Source: Thermodesulfobacteriota bacterium (GTDB taxonomy: Bacteria; Desulfobacterota_D; UBA1144; Nemesobacterales; JAJCZQ01). Taken from it: DNA of 64,000 nucleotides. A program made the position numbers and the translations under genes. The stretch is taken from the NCBI GenBank assembly GCA_965203965.1, contig CBDBDR010000017.1, forward strand, positions 1,024,001 to 1,088,000, in the 5' to 3' direction. This document shows positions 32,279 to 40,673 of the stretch, piece by piece. The first letter of the stretch is position 1; each line of letters begins with the position of its first letter. The notes below the pieces were generated by a model, which saw nothing but the letters and a program-made list of their open reading frames with translations, was not told the origin of the DNA and did no database searches.

Positions 32279-33024
32279 TAACCCAGAGACTCAAGCAGTT
32301 CTTCGGATATATCAAAATTGGAATATACACCCTGAACGTCGTCACTATCCTCCAAAGACTCCATCAACCTGACCATGTGTTCAGCTTCCTTGCCTTCAAC
32401 TTTGATACTGGTTTTAGGTATCATCGTTACTTCGGCATTCTCATATTCAAAGCCCGCATTCTTTAGTGCAGACCTAACCTCCTCAAAATTTTCAGGGCTT
32501 GTAATAACAACCAGATCATTATCCTCATCAATCAAGTCTTCGGCACCTGAATCAATCGCCGTTTCAAACAGGGAATCTTCAGATACAGAATCCCCCTTGA
32601 TCAATATCCTGCCTTTCATTTCAAATACCCACGACACACATCCTGACTCACCGAGGTTTCCACCGTTTCTGGTAAATAGTTTCCTGATCTCTGCCACCGT
32701 CCTGTTCCTATTGTCCGTCAAGGCACGAACGTAAACTGCACTACCACCGGGACCATATCCTTCATAAAAGATCTCTTGATATTCAACTCCTTCCAACTCT
32801 CCCGTTCCCCTTTTTATTGCCCTTTCTATAGTGTCATTGGGCATATTATTATTCTTGGCAGTATTAACCGCGGTTCTGAGCCGTGGATTTGAATCAGTAT
32901 CACCACCGCCTTCTTTTGCTGCAATTGTGAGTTCCCTGATTAACTTTGTAAACATCTTACCTCTTTTAGAATCCACGGCAGCTTTTCTATGCTTAATATT
33001 TGCCCACTTGGAATGTCCTGCCAT
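32278..33024 (-). CDS. yebC: YebC/PmpR family protein
   Basis: [29 protein letters not shown]. Confidence 0.97.
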   Translation of the reverse strand: MAGHSKWANIKHRKAAVDSKRGKMFTKLIRELTIAAKEGGGDTDSNPRLRTAVNTAKNNNMPNDTIERAIKRGTGELEGVEYQEIFYEGYGPGGSAVYVRALTDNRNRTVAEIRKLFTRNGGNLGESGCVSWVFEMKGRILIKGDSVSEDSLFETAIDSGAEDLIDEDNDLVVITSPENFEEVRSALKNAGFEYENAEVTMIPKTSIKVEGKEAEHMVRLMESLEDSDDVQGVYSNFDISEELLESLG

Positions 33025-33241
33025 AATCTTTCACCTCTTGTGCAGTTTTACTGATGATTATAAACCGATTTTAACTTATCATCAAAGGTAGTCATTGACT
33101 ATTCCACCTGCACCTTGTTGAACCTGAAAGGAAGAGGATAGATATTGCACAAAAACAGCAGTGGAAGTCAGACGCATCACCTCAGACAATATCCTCATAT
33201 AAATCTCTACAATGGGGAAAACCCCTATATCAGCTACTTTT

Positions 33242-33457
33242 TTACTCATAAACTCCCAGTTGCTTCTCAATATGCTTTGTATCTTTCTGACGTTTCTCGC
33301 TCATCTGTTTTACTTCTTCAACATTTCTTCCCATTTCCACAATGGATAAGGAGTCTGCTGTTTTTTCAAGCGGTCTATCCTTTGTAACTGACATGTATTT
33401 CAACGCAAAGATCAATGTCAATACCATCAAGAGCGAGAAAACAAGTAGTTTCAACAT
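33242..33457 (-). CDS. small hypothetical membrane-anchored protein
   Basis: N-terminal TM helix, charged tail, AAGGAAG upstream of the start. Confidence 0.6.
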   Translation of the reverse strand: MLKLLVFSLLMVLTLIFALKYMSVTKDRPLEKTADSLSIVEMGRNVEEVKQMSEKRQKDTKHIEKQLGVYE

Positions 33458-33507
33458 TTATGAAACTCTTCCTTGAAAGCAAGTTTTCATAATATAAAAT
33501 ATAATAC

Positions 33508-33762
33508 ATGGGTATAGAAATAGAGGAAATCAAATCTTTGATTGGGTCTGGTATATCCGCGTCCTATATTGACGTAGTCGGCGATGGAACACATTTCAGA
33601 GCGATTGTGGTATCAGATGATTTTGAAAACAAGATCACTTTAGACAGGCACAAACTCGTTTATAAAGCACTCGGTGAATCAATGGTAGAGGATATACACG
33701 CCATTTCGCTGAAAACATACACCCCCGATCAATGGCAGAGTATAAAACAAAAAGGAGAATAA
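33508..33762 (+). CDS. BolA/IbaG family protein
   Basis: GDGTHF, RHKLVYKAL, IHAISLKTYTP. Confidence 0.93.
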   Translation: MGIEIEEIKSLIGSGISASYIDVVGDGTHFRAIVVSDDFENKITLDRHKLVYKALGESMVEDIHAISLKTYTPDQWQSIKQKGE

Positions 33763-33764
33763 AA

Positions 33765-34079
33765 TTGTCAGATAAAACACAGGAAAGATTAAAAGATCAG
33801 ATTAAAAACAATAAAATAATTCTATACATGAAAGGTTCACGGGAAACGCCGATGTGCGGTTTTTCAGGAAGAGTCGTAAAACTACTTGACTCCTACGGTG
33901 TGAACTATGAAACCGTTGACGTTCTTTTAGATGAAGAGATCAGGCAGGGGATAAAAGAACTTTCAAACTGGCCGACAATCCCCCAGCTATACGTAAATGG
34001 TCAGTTCGTTGGCGGGTGTGACATCTGTGAAGAGATGCACTTCAACGGTGAACTGGAAACTGTTGTTAAATCTGCCTGA
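33765..34079 (+). CDS. grxD: monothiol glutaredoxin Grx4
   Basis: CGFS, WPTIPQLY, GGCDI; TTG start after an AGGAG SD. Confidence 0.95.
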   Translation: MSDKTQERLKDQIKNNKIILYMKGSRETPMCGFSGRVVKLLDSYGVNYETVDVLLDEEIRQGIKELSNWPTIPQLYVNGQFVGGCDICEEMHFNGELETVVKSA

Positions 34080-34114
34080 ACTTCATACCTGAAACAGTTC
34101 TGCAATATCACAAA

Positions 34115-34237
34115 TTACTTATTGCACTTGCATGAACAATTACAATCGGCACATTTGCAATCAGATGGCTCACAGTCGCAAGACTCACAGTTACAGTCTT
34201 CACAACCACATCTTGATTCTACAAGTAATTTTTTCAT
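34115..34237 (-). CDS. Cys-rich metallothionein-like peptide (40 aa), absent from the ORF track
   Basis: Hand translation MKKLLVESRCGCEDCNCESCDCEPSDCKCADCNCSCKCNK*; 12 Cys in CxC pairs; GGAGG SD at 34247-34251, 9 nt from the ATG. Confidence 0.85.
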   Translation of the reverse strand: MKKLLVESRCGCEDCNCESCDCEPSDCKCADCNCSCKCNK

Positions 34238-34427
34238 AACTATTCGCCTCCATTAGTAACATAACCAAAAAAGCTGAAATTAACAATAAGGTTACGGAAT
34301 CACCTCTAAATCTCTACAATTCTCATCAAAGTAAACAAACTTGTGTGCGGGGATAAATCTTTCGCAGGATTCGCAGGAATAGGAACTGGATACCTGATAA
34401 AAACATTCAGTAATGGCAGAGAAGGAA

Positions 34428-34545
34428 ATTCCCCTTCCCTGAAGGGGTGGTCTTGAGATAATATGAGCAGAAGAAACTCGGATTAGAGAGATCTTTTGGC
34501 GGAATTATTGACGCCTTAAATGGGATTTAATCGGCATTTAACAAG
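34428..34545 (+). repeat. truncated REP-like hairpin plus ~90-bp tail shared with 45463-45567
   Basis: ATTCCCCTTCCCTGAAGGGGTGG followed by a tail about 80% identical over its 51-column core to the sequence after the gltX array. Confidence 0.75.
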
Positions 34546-34642
34546 GGTTTATTCCCCGTTTGAATTTCTTAAAAGTGAGAGCAAAAATAGGGGTAAATTT
34601 CAATTTTTATCTCATTTTGCCATTTTAGTTGTCCCGTTATAC

Positions 34643-35470
34643 TTACGCTTTGACCCTGTTCGCATCTACCAGATCCCTTAAACCTTCTCCCAGCAAGTTG
34701 AATGAAAAAGCAGTTATAAAAATTGCCAAACTTGGAAATAATATGAGATGCGGGAACGTCCTTATTCCCTGCCAACCAGTACTTGCCAAGGTTCCCCAGC
34801 TTGACTCCGGGGGCGCAATACCAAGCCCGAGAAAGCTGAGAGTAGACTCCGCAAGTATGGCATAAGGTATGCAAAACGTGATAGTTACAATTATTGAACC
34901 GAGTATATTCGGCAGAATATGCCTTGAAAATATTCTGAATGGCTTAGCACCTAATGCACGTGCTGATTCAACGTATTCAAATGATTTAACTTGTAGCACA
35001 CCAGCCCTGACTATCCTTGCAACTCTCATCCATGAAGTGAAGCCAAGTGCAATAACAATTCCCAATACCCCCTTACCGATCACCAGGGTCAGTAGCACTA
35101 TTACAAGTATATCCGGCAGAGAATAGAATATATCCACTACCCTCATTAAAACCTCGTCCGTCTTTCCTCCGATATAACCCGAAAGAGCACCATAAGCCGT
35201 GCCAATTATCAAGGCAAAAAGAGCGGTCGCTATGGCAACTGTGATTGACACCCGTGAACCGTATATTATGCGGCTCAGCATATCCCTGCCCTCCTGATCA
35301 GTACCCATGATGTGCTTTGAATCTGGAGATTGCAGAGTATTTGAAAAATCAACTTCATCATACCCATAGGGTGCGATATACGGAGCGGCAACGGCAATAA
35401 GTAAAATGATCAGAATAATAGCTGAAGAAATTATAATTTGAGCTTTTAAAGAGGTTTTTTTATTTCTCAT
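34643..35470 (-). CDS. peptide ABC transporter permease (OppC/DppC-like)
   Basis: MGTDQEGRDMLSRIIYGSRVS, EAA loop YVESARALGA, LSFLGLG. Confidence 0.92.
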   Translation of the reverse strand: MRNKKTSLKAQIIISSAIILIILLIAVAAPYIAPYGYDEVDFSNTLQSPDSKHIMGTDQEGRDMLSRIIYGSRVSITVAIATALFALIIGTAYGALSGYIGGKTDEVLMRVVDIFYSLPDILVIVLLTLVIGKGVLGIVIALGFTSWMRVARIVRAGVLQVKSFEYVESARALGAKPFRIFSRHILPNILGSIIVTITFCIPYAILAESTLSFLGLGIAPPESSWGTLASTGWQGIRTFPHLILFPSLAIFITAFSFNLLGEGLRDLVDANRVKA

Positions 35471-35816
35471 ATTTTGCCCTGATAATGGTTTTAATACCTC
35501 CCCTTATATTGAAATCCCCAATTACTTCAGTTTTTAGTGGTTTACATACCTTCACAATGTCATCTAGGATTTTGTTTGTTACATGCTCATGAAACTCTCC
35601 AACTTCCCTGTATGAAAACATGTAGAGCTTGAGGGATCTAAGCTCTATACAGAGCTTATCTGGAACATATTTAATATGTATAGTTGCAAAATCAGGCTGT
35701 CCGGTCTTGGGGCAGACACAAGTAAACTCAGGACAGCTAATATCAATTTCATACTTTCTGCCCTCATGTTGGTTTTGAAAAGTTTCAAGGATGCCAGACT
35801 GATCTTTTTCAGGCAT
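35460..35816 (-). CDS. queF: preQ1 synthase (7-cyano-7-deazaguanine reductase)
   Basis: PEFTCVCPKTGQPDFA, ELRSLKLY, FHE, RGGI. Confidence 0.96.
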   Translation of the reverse strand: MPEKDQSGILETFQNQHEGRKYEIDISCPEFTCVCPKTGQPDFATIHIKYVPDKLCIELRSLKLYMFSYREVGEFHEHVTNKILDDIVKVCKPLKTEVIGDFNIRGGIKTIIRAKYEK

Positions 35817-35818
35817 GG

Positions 35819-35998
35819 TCAGGAGTGAGCTGATATTTCAATTTCATAACCACTCTTAGTTTTTTTCACACGCCTGGGATCGTAACTACTAGTTACATAG
35901 ACCATACCTCTATCGGCAAACTCTTTTATTTTTTTGCTTACCAGTTTTTTAAGACCATCCCTTGACTTGGAAACAACAGTTACAGTTTTAGCAGGCAT
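35819..35998 (-). CDS. small basic hypothetical protein (59 aa), absent from the ORF track
   Basis: MPAKTVTVVSKSRDGLKKLVSKKIKEFADRGMVYVTSSYDPRRVKKTKSGYEIEISAHS*; AGGGG SD; stop is 2 nt before the queF ATG. Confidence 0.65.
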   Translation of the reverse strand: MPAKTVTVVSKSRDGLKKLVSKKIKEFADRGMVYVTSSYDPRRVKKTKSGYEIEISAHS

Positions 35999-36159
35999 AA
36001 TTTTCCCCTATCAACAAATTTTTGTAGATTCTATCTGAATGCTTATATCAGTCAAAAAAACCAAACAGGGATCTTTATTTACAAATGTTAAACTTTACCG
36101 TGAATTTACATTTGTTAGTTTGACTTAACTATCGTTTTTGCAATAATAAAAACTGCTCA

Positions 36160-36233
36160 TGGGGCATCGTATAACGGCAGTACAGCGGACTCTGGATCCG
36201 CAAGTCTAGGTTCGAATCCTAGTGCCCCAGCCA
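36160..36233 (+). tRNA. tRNA-Gln(CTG)
   Basis: TGGGGCA...GCGGA-CTCTGGA-TCCGC...GGTTCGAATCC...TGCCCCAGCCA cloverleaf with encoded CCA. Confidence 0.96.
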
Positions 36234-36321
36234 TTTTGGTAATACAATCTTATCGTTGCGGAAATCACATTTACTCTATTCAATTCCAAAGGTAAAATTG
36301 ACGGGTAAAGGAGGAAGCACA

Positions 36322-36612
36322 ATGAGTATTGGAATAATCGTAGAAGCAAGGATCAAAACTGATATGATCGAGGAGATCAAGCAGTGGTTTGCTGATAATC
36401 TCACGGACACTCGTAATTTTGATGGTTGTGAAAGCATAAGCGTTTTTTCAGATGAAGAAGATCCAACTTTGATGTTCTTAGTTGAAAGATGGAGAGCAAA
36501 AGAGGATTATGAAAAGTATCATCACTGGCGTGTGGAAAATGGCAGTTTGGATCAACTTCGCAAATGTCTGGATGGAAAACCCAGAAGAAATTTCCTGAAT
36601 ATAGTATCGTGA
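36322..36612 (+). CDS. antibiotic biosynthesis monooxygenase (ABM) family protein
   Basis: DTRNFDGC, LVERW...Y..WR pattern; AGGAGG SD before MSIGII. Confidence 0.85.
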   Translation: MSIGIIVEARIKTDMIEEIKQWFADNLTDTRNFDGCESISVFSDEEDPTLMFLVERWRAKEDYEKYHHWRVENGSLDQLRKCLDGKPRRNFLNIVS

Positions 36613-36876
36613 TCAGGGATGTAATTGCTGATATTTGCCAATTATCTCAAAACCCTCTTTGGATATTTGGTAAATATCATTGTCGTCGGGAAATCTTGTA
36701 TCCCCTTCAATCAGTTCAACAAGTTTTTTTTGTATTAAAAGATTGAACATTTCCCTATCGTTGAAATCTTTTGCAAGAAATAAAGCGGATCTCATATCCT
36801 TGCGGGTTATTTTATTACTGTAGGCATAGCCATTGATCAATTCAATTGCCGGCTTTATAAATCCTTCAATGCTCAT
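36613..36876 (-). CDS. hypothetical protein (possible winged-helix fragment)
   Basis: 87-aa ORF convergent with ABM; LIQKKLVE...YQISKEG resembles a wHTH end. Confidence 0.45.
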   Translation of the reverse strand: MSIEGFIKPAIELINGYAYSNKITRKDMRSALFLAKDFNDREMFNLLIQKKLVELIEGDTRFPDDNDIYQISKEGFEIIGKYQQLHP

Positions 36877-36966
36877 AAGTTCTGTTTCTTAATATAAATT
36901 ATACCTTTCGGAATGTAAATATTTAAACAACTTCCTTGCCAGATCAAAACAGATGAGGAAGTTTTA

Positions 36967-37404
36967 TTGAAGATCTATGCCGTTAATTGGGTACTACTAC
37001 AAGTGAACTTAATCAATTTCCTGAGATCCAAATTTACCAAAGCAAACACTGATAAGAGCCCTCATATTGACTTGGGAGAGTCAATTGCATGCAGGTTCCT
37101 AAAGAAAAACGGATATAAAATACTGGAAAAAAACCATCGTTGCAGATACGGTGAAATTGATATTATTGCAAGAGAAAAAGAAGCACTGTGTTTTATTGAG
37201 GTCAAATCCAGAAAAAGCACACGCTTTGGTTTGCCAGAAGAATACGTTGATGCAAGAAAACAAAAAAAACTCTTGAAAACAGCCCTGTCATACCTTCGTA
37301 AAAATGAAAACCCAGACATTGATATGAGGTTTGACGTAATATCAGTTGATCTGAAAAAAAATACCTGTCGTAATATTAAAAATGCCTTTGATGCACAAGG
37401 GTAA
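36967..37404 (+). CDS. yraN: YraN family (UPF0102) endonuclease-like protein
   Basis: GYKILEKN, GEIDIIA, FIEVKSR, RFDVI; true start is probably downstream. Confidence 0.92.
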   Translation: MKIYAVNWVLLQVNLINFLRSKFTKANTDKSPHIDLGESIACRFLKKNGYKILEKNHRCRYGEIDIIAREKEALCFIEVKSRKSTRFGLPEEYVDARKQKKLLKTALSYLRKNENPDIDMRFDVISVDLKKNTCRNIKNAFDAQG

Positions 37405-37459
37405 ACATTAGGTTACGGTTTACCGGGTTTTAACTATTAACTTCGGAACAATATAAGTC

Positions 37460-37897
37460 TTATTCTTGTTTCTGGAGACTGACTACGGGTAATTCTTCCT
37501 CTACTCCTTCCTGTTCATGCCAAACATTAAACTTACATTGAATAACTGCTCCTTTCTCCACTTCAATATATTGAGCCTCAATAACACTATCACCATCACT
37601 TTCCAAAGTGGCAGTTCCTTTGACCTCTAAGTACTGTGTCTTGATTGACCCTTTGGCTTTTCCAAAAACCGTTAATTTTGATGAAGTAATATTCCCAATG
37701 ACAAGACCTCTCTCACCAATGACAAGATTGTTTTCAAGGTTTATATCACCCTCAAAAACACCGTCCACCCTGACTGAAGAATTTGTCGTGAGTTTTCCCC
37801 CAAAAGAAACTCCCTCTCCAATAATTGTATCTATAACCCTTCCATCACCATTGGATTTTCTCTTCCTGAGCAATTTTCTAATCATATCACTAATCAT
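37460..37897 (-). CDS. bactofilin (polymer-forming cytoskeletal protein)
   Basis: TIIGEG..FGG, VRVDG.FEGDI, LVIGERG.V.GNI beta-helix pattern; paired with an M23 peptidase. Confidence 0.9.
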   Translation of the reverse strand: MISDMIRKLLRKRKSNGDGRVIDTIIGEGVSFGGKLTTNSSVRVDGVFEGDINLENNLVIGERGLVIGNITSSKLTVFGKAKGSIKTQYLEVKGTATLESDGDSVIEAQYIEVEKGAVIQCKFNVWHEQEGVEEELPVVSLQKQE

Positions 37898-37903
37898 AGT
37901 AGA

Positions 37904-38755
37904 TCAACCTATGTTTAAATATTTTTTTGGATTTACTTTTTTACCCTTCTTTATAACTTCATAATGCAAATGCGGTCCTGTTGATCTACCGGTTGAACCT
38001 ATTTCACCGACCTTTTCCCCGCATAATACCTTCTGACCCTTGACAACATTTATCTTGGAAAGATGTCCATAAAGTGTTTTATACCCGTTCTCATGTTTTA
38101 TAACTACACTCTTCCCGTATCCCCCTTTCCAACCTGCAATCTCAACCACACCATCTGCCGTTGATTTTACGGGTTCTCCATAGGGTGGAGAAAAATCCAC
38201 GCCCGAATGAAATGCTCTCTTTTTCTTGAAAGGGTCTATTCTGTAACCGTAATTGGAACTTACGGGGCCATCAACTGGCACTCCCAAAGGGTATACACGA
38301 AGGATACTGCTTAAATCTTTAATACCATTGCTGATTGAATCTATGTACTCATCACTTAGCTTCTCAGAATCATTAGACTGCAAATAAGTTCCTCCGATGA
38401 AAAAACTTTCACCTATCCCTTTTTGCTCTAACAGTTTTTTCATGTCAGCCAGATTTTTTTCCAATTCCTGCAGCTTTATCACCAAATTTTCCGTATCCAA
38501 TTTGCCATCTTCTTCTCCGTCATTATCTTCAGTATCTTTACAGGAAAGAAGTTGCACACTGGATTGCGAACTGACCTGTGGAACGTCATTAACCGTGTAT
38601 TCACTCGGCAAAAAATGGGAATAAAGTAAAACTCCAGAAAAACACACAACTACAGCAAAAATAACTAAAGCAAACACAACTGAACCAATGTCTATATGTA
38701 TTGAAGGATTTTTCCCACCAGAAACTAATAAAATACTTATATTGCTCTTTTTCAT
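37904..38755 (-). CDS. M23 family metallopeptidase
   Basis: FHSGVD, YGHL, STGPHLHYEV. Confidence 0.95.
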   Translation of the reverse strand: MKKSNISILLVSGGKNPSIHIDIGSVVFALVIFAVVVCFSGVLLYSHFLPSEYTVNDVPQVSSQSSVQLLSCKDTEDNDGEEDGKLDTENLVIKLQELEKNLADMKKLLEQKGIGESFFIGGTYLQSNDSEKLSDEYIDSISNGIKDLSSILRVYPLGVPVDGPVSSNYGYRIDPFKKKRAFHSGVDFSPPYGEPVKSTADGVVEIAGWKGGYGKSVVIKHENGYKTLYGHLSKINVVKGQKVLCGEKVGEIGSTGRSTGPHLHYEVIKKGKKVNPKKYLNIG

Positions 38756-38845
38756 CTTTAATATTATCTTTTAGCTTTAAATTTAGACCTCACAAAATCT
38801 AAGGTGAGCACACTAGATACTATTGCATTATTATCAAAATGCAAA

Positions 38846-39853
38846 TCAAGAAAAGTTATCAAGAACTTTATTGAAAAAACTGCTCTCAAGCATAAGTATA
38901 AACTCGGCATTCTGTGAAACTGATATAAAATGGCTTTTTACAGAATCTCTCTCGCTTATATTTTTCAGTTTTGCAGAAATTTTGCTCCACTCCACGCCAA
39001 TTTTATCCATGTCAGGAACCAAACCCAGTTTGACAATGAGGGGACACACGTCACTCATTTCGTTTAAAAAATCCCTGTATATCCACCTGAAACCGGCACC
39101 GTCAACCCCTCGTTTGCTTATGACTTGATAGGCAAACCTAGATGACCATTTCCAATCTTCAAGATCTGCCCAGCCCGGTAGATCTTCTGCCCACAATTTA
39201 ATAACGTCCAGCCCGCTTTTACCTCTCGGATTTTCAGAGCCGTTGACCATAAGTTCAGCATTTTTCCTTATTGCCTCCGGAACAACTTTATTCAAATCTA
39301 TGCTCTTACTATCTAAAACCACTTTAATATTATTGTTTCTGAGCGGGTAGGGTTGCTGCTTTGAACTTCTAGATATATCCAACTTTTCAAAGGAAACTTC
39401 CATCAGATCATCAAATGCGGTATCTGAAAGGTAAAAAATACCCCTTTCATCATCATACCCGCAGACAACAACGATATGACCCGGAAAATGTGTATTGGAG
39501 TTATAATAATCAAGGTAAAATATGTCCGTCTGGATCAGCACGGGAATACCATTATTTATGCTTTCAATAAGATCATCTGATGCCTTGCCGGGATTGTCTT
39601 CGTAGCTCCAGTCAATAATACCCATACCAAAATGATTAAAGAAATTCACCTCCATACCGGGGCCACGCAAATGTATTGACCTTGTCGGACTTGCCGATTC
39701 GTTTATCAAGTAATAAAACCCAAGACCACTTCCAAGTCCAAAGCATGTTTCTTCAGAATACCGCAAGCCGTAAAAATTCATCACGTCCCTTATCGCAACG
39801 GAACCGCAGTGCATTCCCGGCAGATGTTTCCAGTTCTTCAATAACTTTTTCAT
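38846..39853 (-). CDS. BtrH N-terminal / DUF4872 papain-like protein
   Basis: GMHCGS (Cys), FGLGSGLGF, HFPGHIVVVCGYD (His), GAGFR.IY.DFL.E. Confidence 0.75.
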   Translation of the reverse strand: MKKLLKNWKHLPGMHCGSVAIRDVMNFYGLRYSEETCFGLGSGLGFYYLINESASPTRSIHLRGPGMEVNFFNHFGMGIIDWSYEDNPGKASDDLIESINNGIPVLIQTDIFYLDYYNSNTHFPGHIVVVCGYDDERGIFYLSDTAFDDLMEVSFEKLDISRSSKQQPYPLRNNNIKVVLDSKSIDLNKVVPEAIRKNAELMVNGSENPRGKSGLDVIKLWAEDLPGWADLEDWKWSSRFAYQVISKRGVDGAGFRWIYRDFLNEMSDVCPLIVKLGLVPDMDKIGVEWSKISAKLKNISERDSVKSHFISVSQNAEFILMLESSFFNKVLDNFS

Positions 39854-39971
39854 AAAAAAATCAACTCTAGAAAAAATAACTCCAGTAACAACCTAAACGA
39901 TCATTATCAATAAAACTATAGAGGGTATAAAGAACGGGTAAAACAAAATTGTGGTTAGTAAGCAAAAAACC

Positions 39972-40595
39972 TTACCGTTTAATTAAGCCTTTATTCTCTG
40001 TCTTACGAAGTAGTGAAAGCAAGATCACCATGATATTCAAAATGACCCAAGATGACAATATGACCGCGGTGGTAACTTTGAAAAAGATCCTTGGCATAAT
40101 GTAGTATAAAGTGTCTTTCCTCGTTACTATCCACAGATCATTATCAAACAAAAGGGGGTGAAAAACATTTATCCAGAAAGTTTTGAAATTCGGCATTACA
40201 AGCAACACAATAAAAAGGCAAATTGCAACAAGAACGTTCACGGCGGCAAACTTATAGAACCTCGGCACCTTGCGTCTTAATATCAAGAGTATAACAACTG
40301 CCAAAGCGGCAAGAATAAACATTACATCCATCATTACCCTCACCTCATCCAGATGTAGCTTCTCGTTTTCCCTCCATTGATTGCCCAGGTCATCCCTATG
40401 AGCAAGGAAGGAGGTAAGATTATCTATAGCCTTGCCGGCTTTTTCATAACCTATCTTCTCACACCGCTGGTGTAAGTTGTTGCATCCATATTTTACCCAG
40501 TAGGGATTGTAGGAGGTCAATACAAATGGCACGTAGAAGGTTACATAGAACAACGATACAAAAACCAGTAGATTCTTGGTCAGGTTTATGATCAT
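39972..40595 (-). CDS. DUF1461 / Lit-like integral membrane protein
   Basis: E..HL.EV, FHPLLFDNDLW, MP..FF motifs; four hydrophobic segments. Confidence 0.75.
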   Translation of the reverse strand: MIINLTKNLLVFVSLFYVTFYVPFVLTSYNPYWVKYGCNNLHQRCEKIGYEKAGKAIDNLTSFLAHRDDLGNQWRENEKLHLDEVRVMMDVMFILAALAVVILLILRRKVPRFYKFAAVNVLVAICLFIVLLVMPNFKTFWINVFHPLLFDNDLWIVTRKDTLYYIMPRIFFKVTTAVILSSWVILNIMVILLSLLRKTENKGLIKR

Positions 40596-40673
40596 TTCAC
40601 AGTATTGAAAAGGTGAGCGTTCAATCTGATGTTATAAGTTCAGACAGCAGATATAATACAAAGTTTAATAGAG

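Noticed and set aside
33115..33145. CCTGAAAGGAAG as SRP RNA (ffs)
   Set aside because: It lacks the conserved CAGG...AGCAG internal loop of SRP domain IV.
37460..38755. M23 peptidase-bactofilin pair as a novel system
   Set aside because: This is a well-described conserved cell-shape module.
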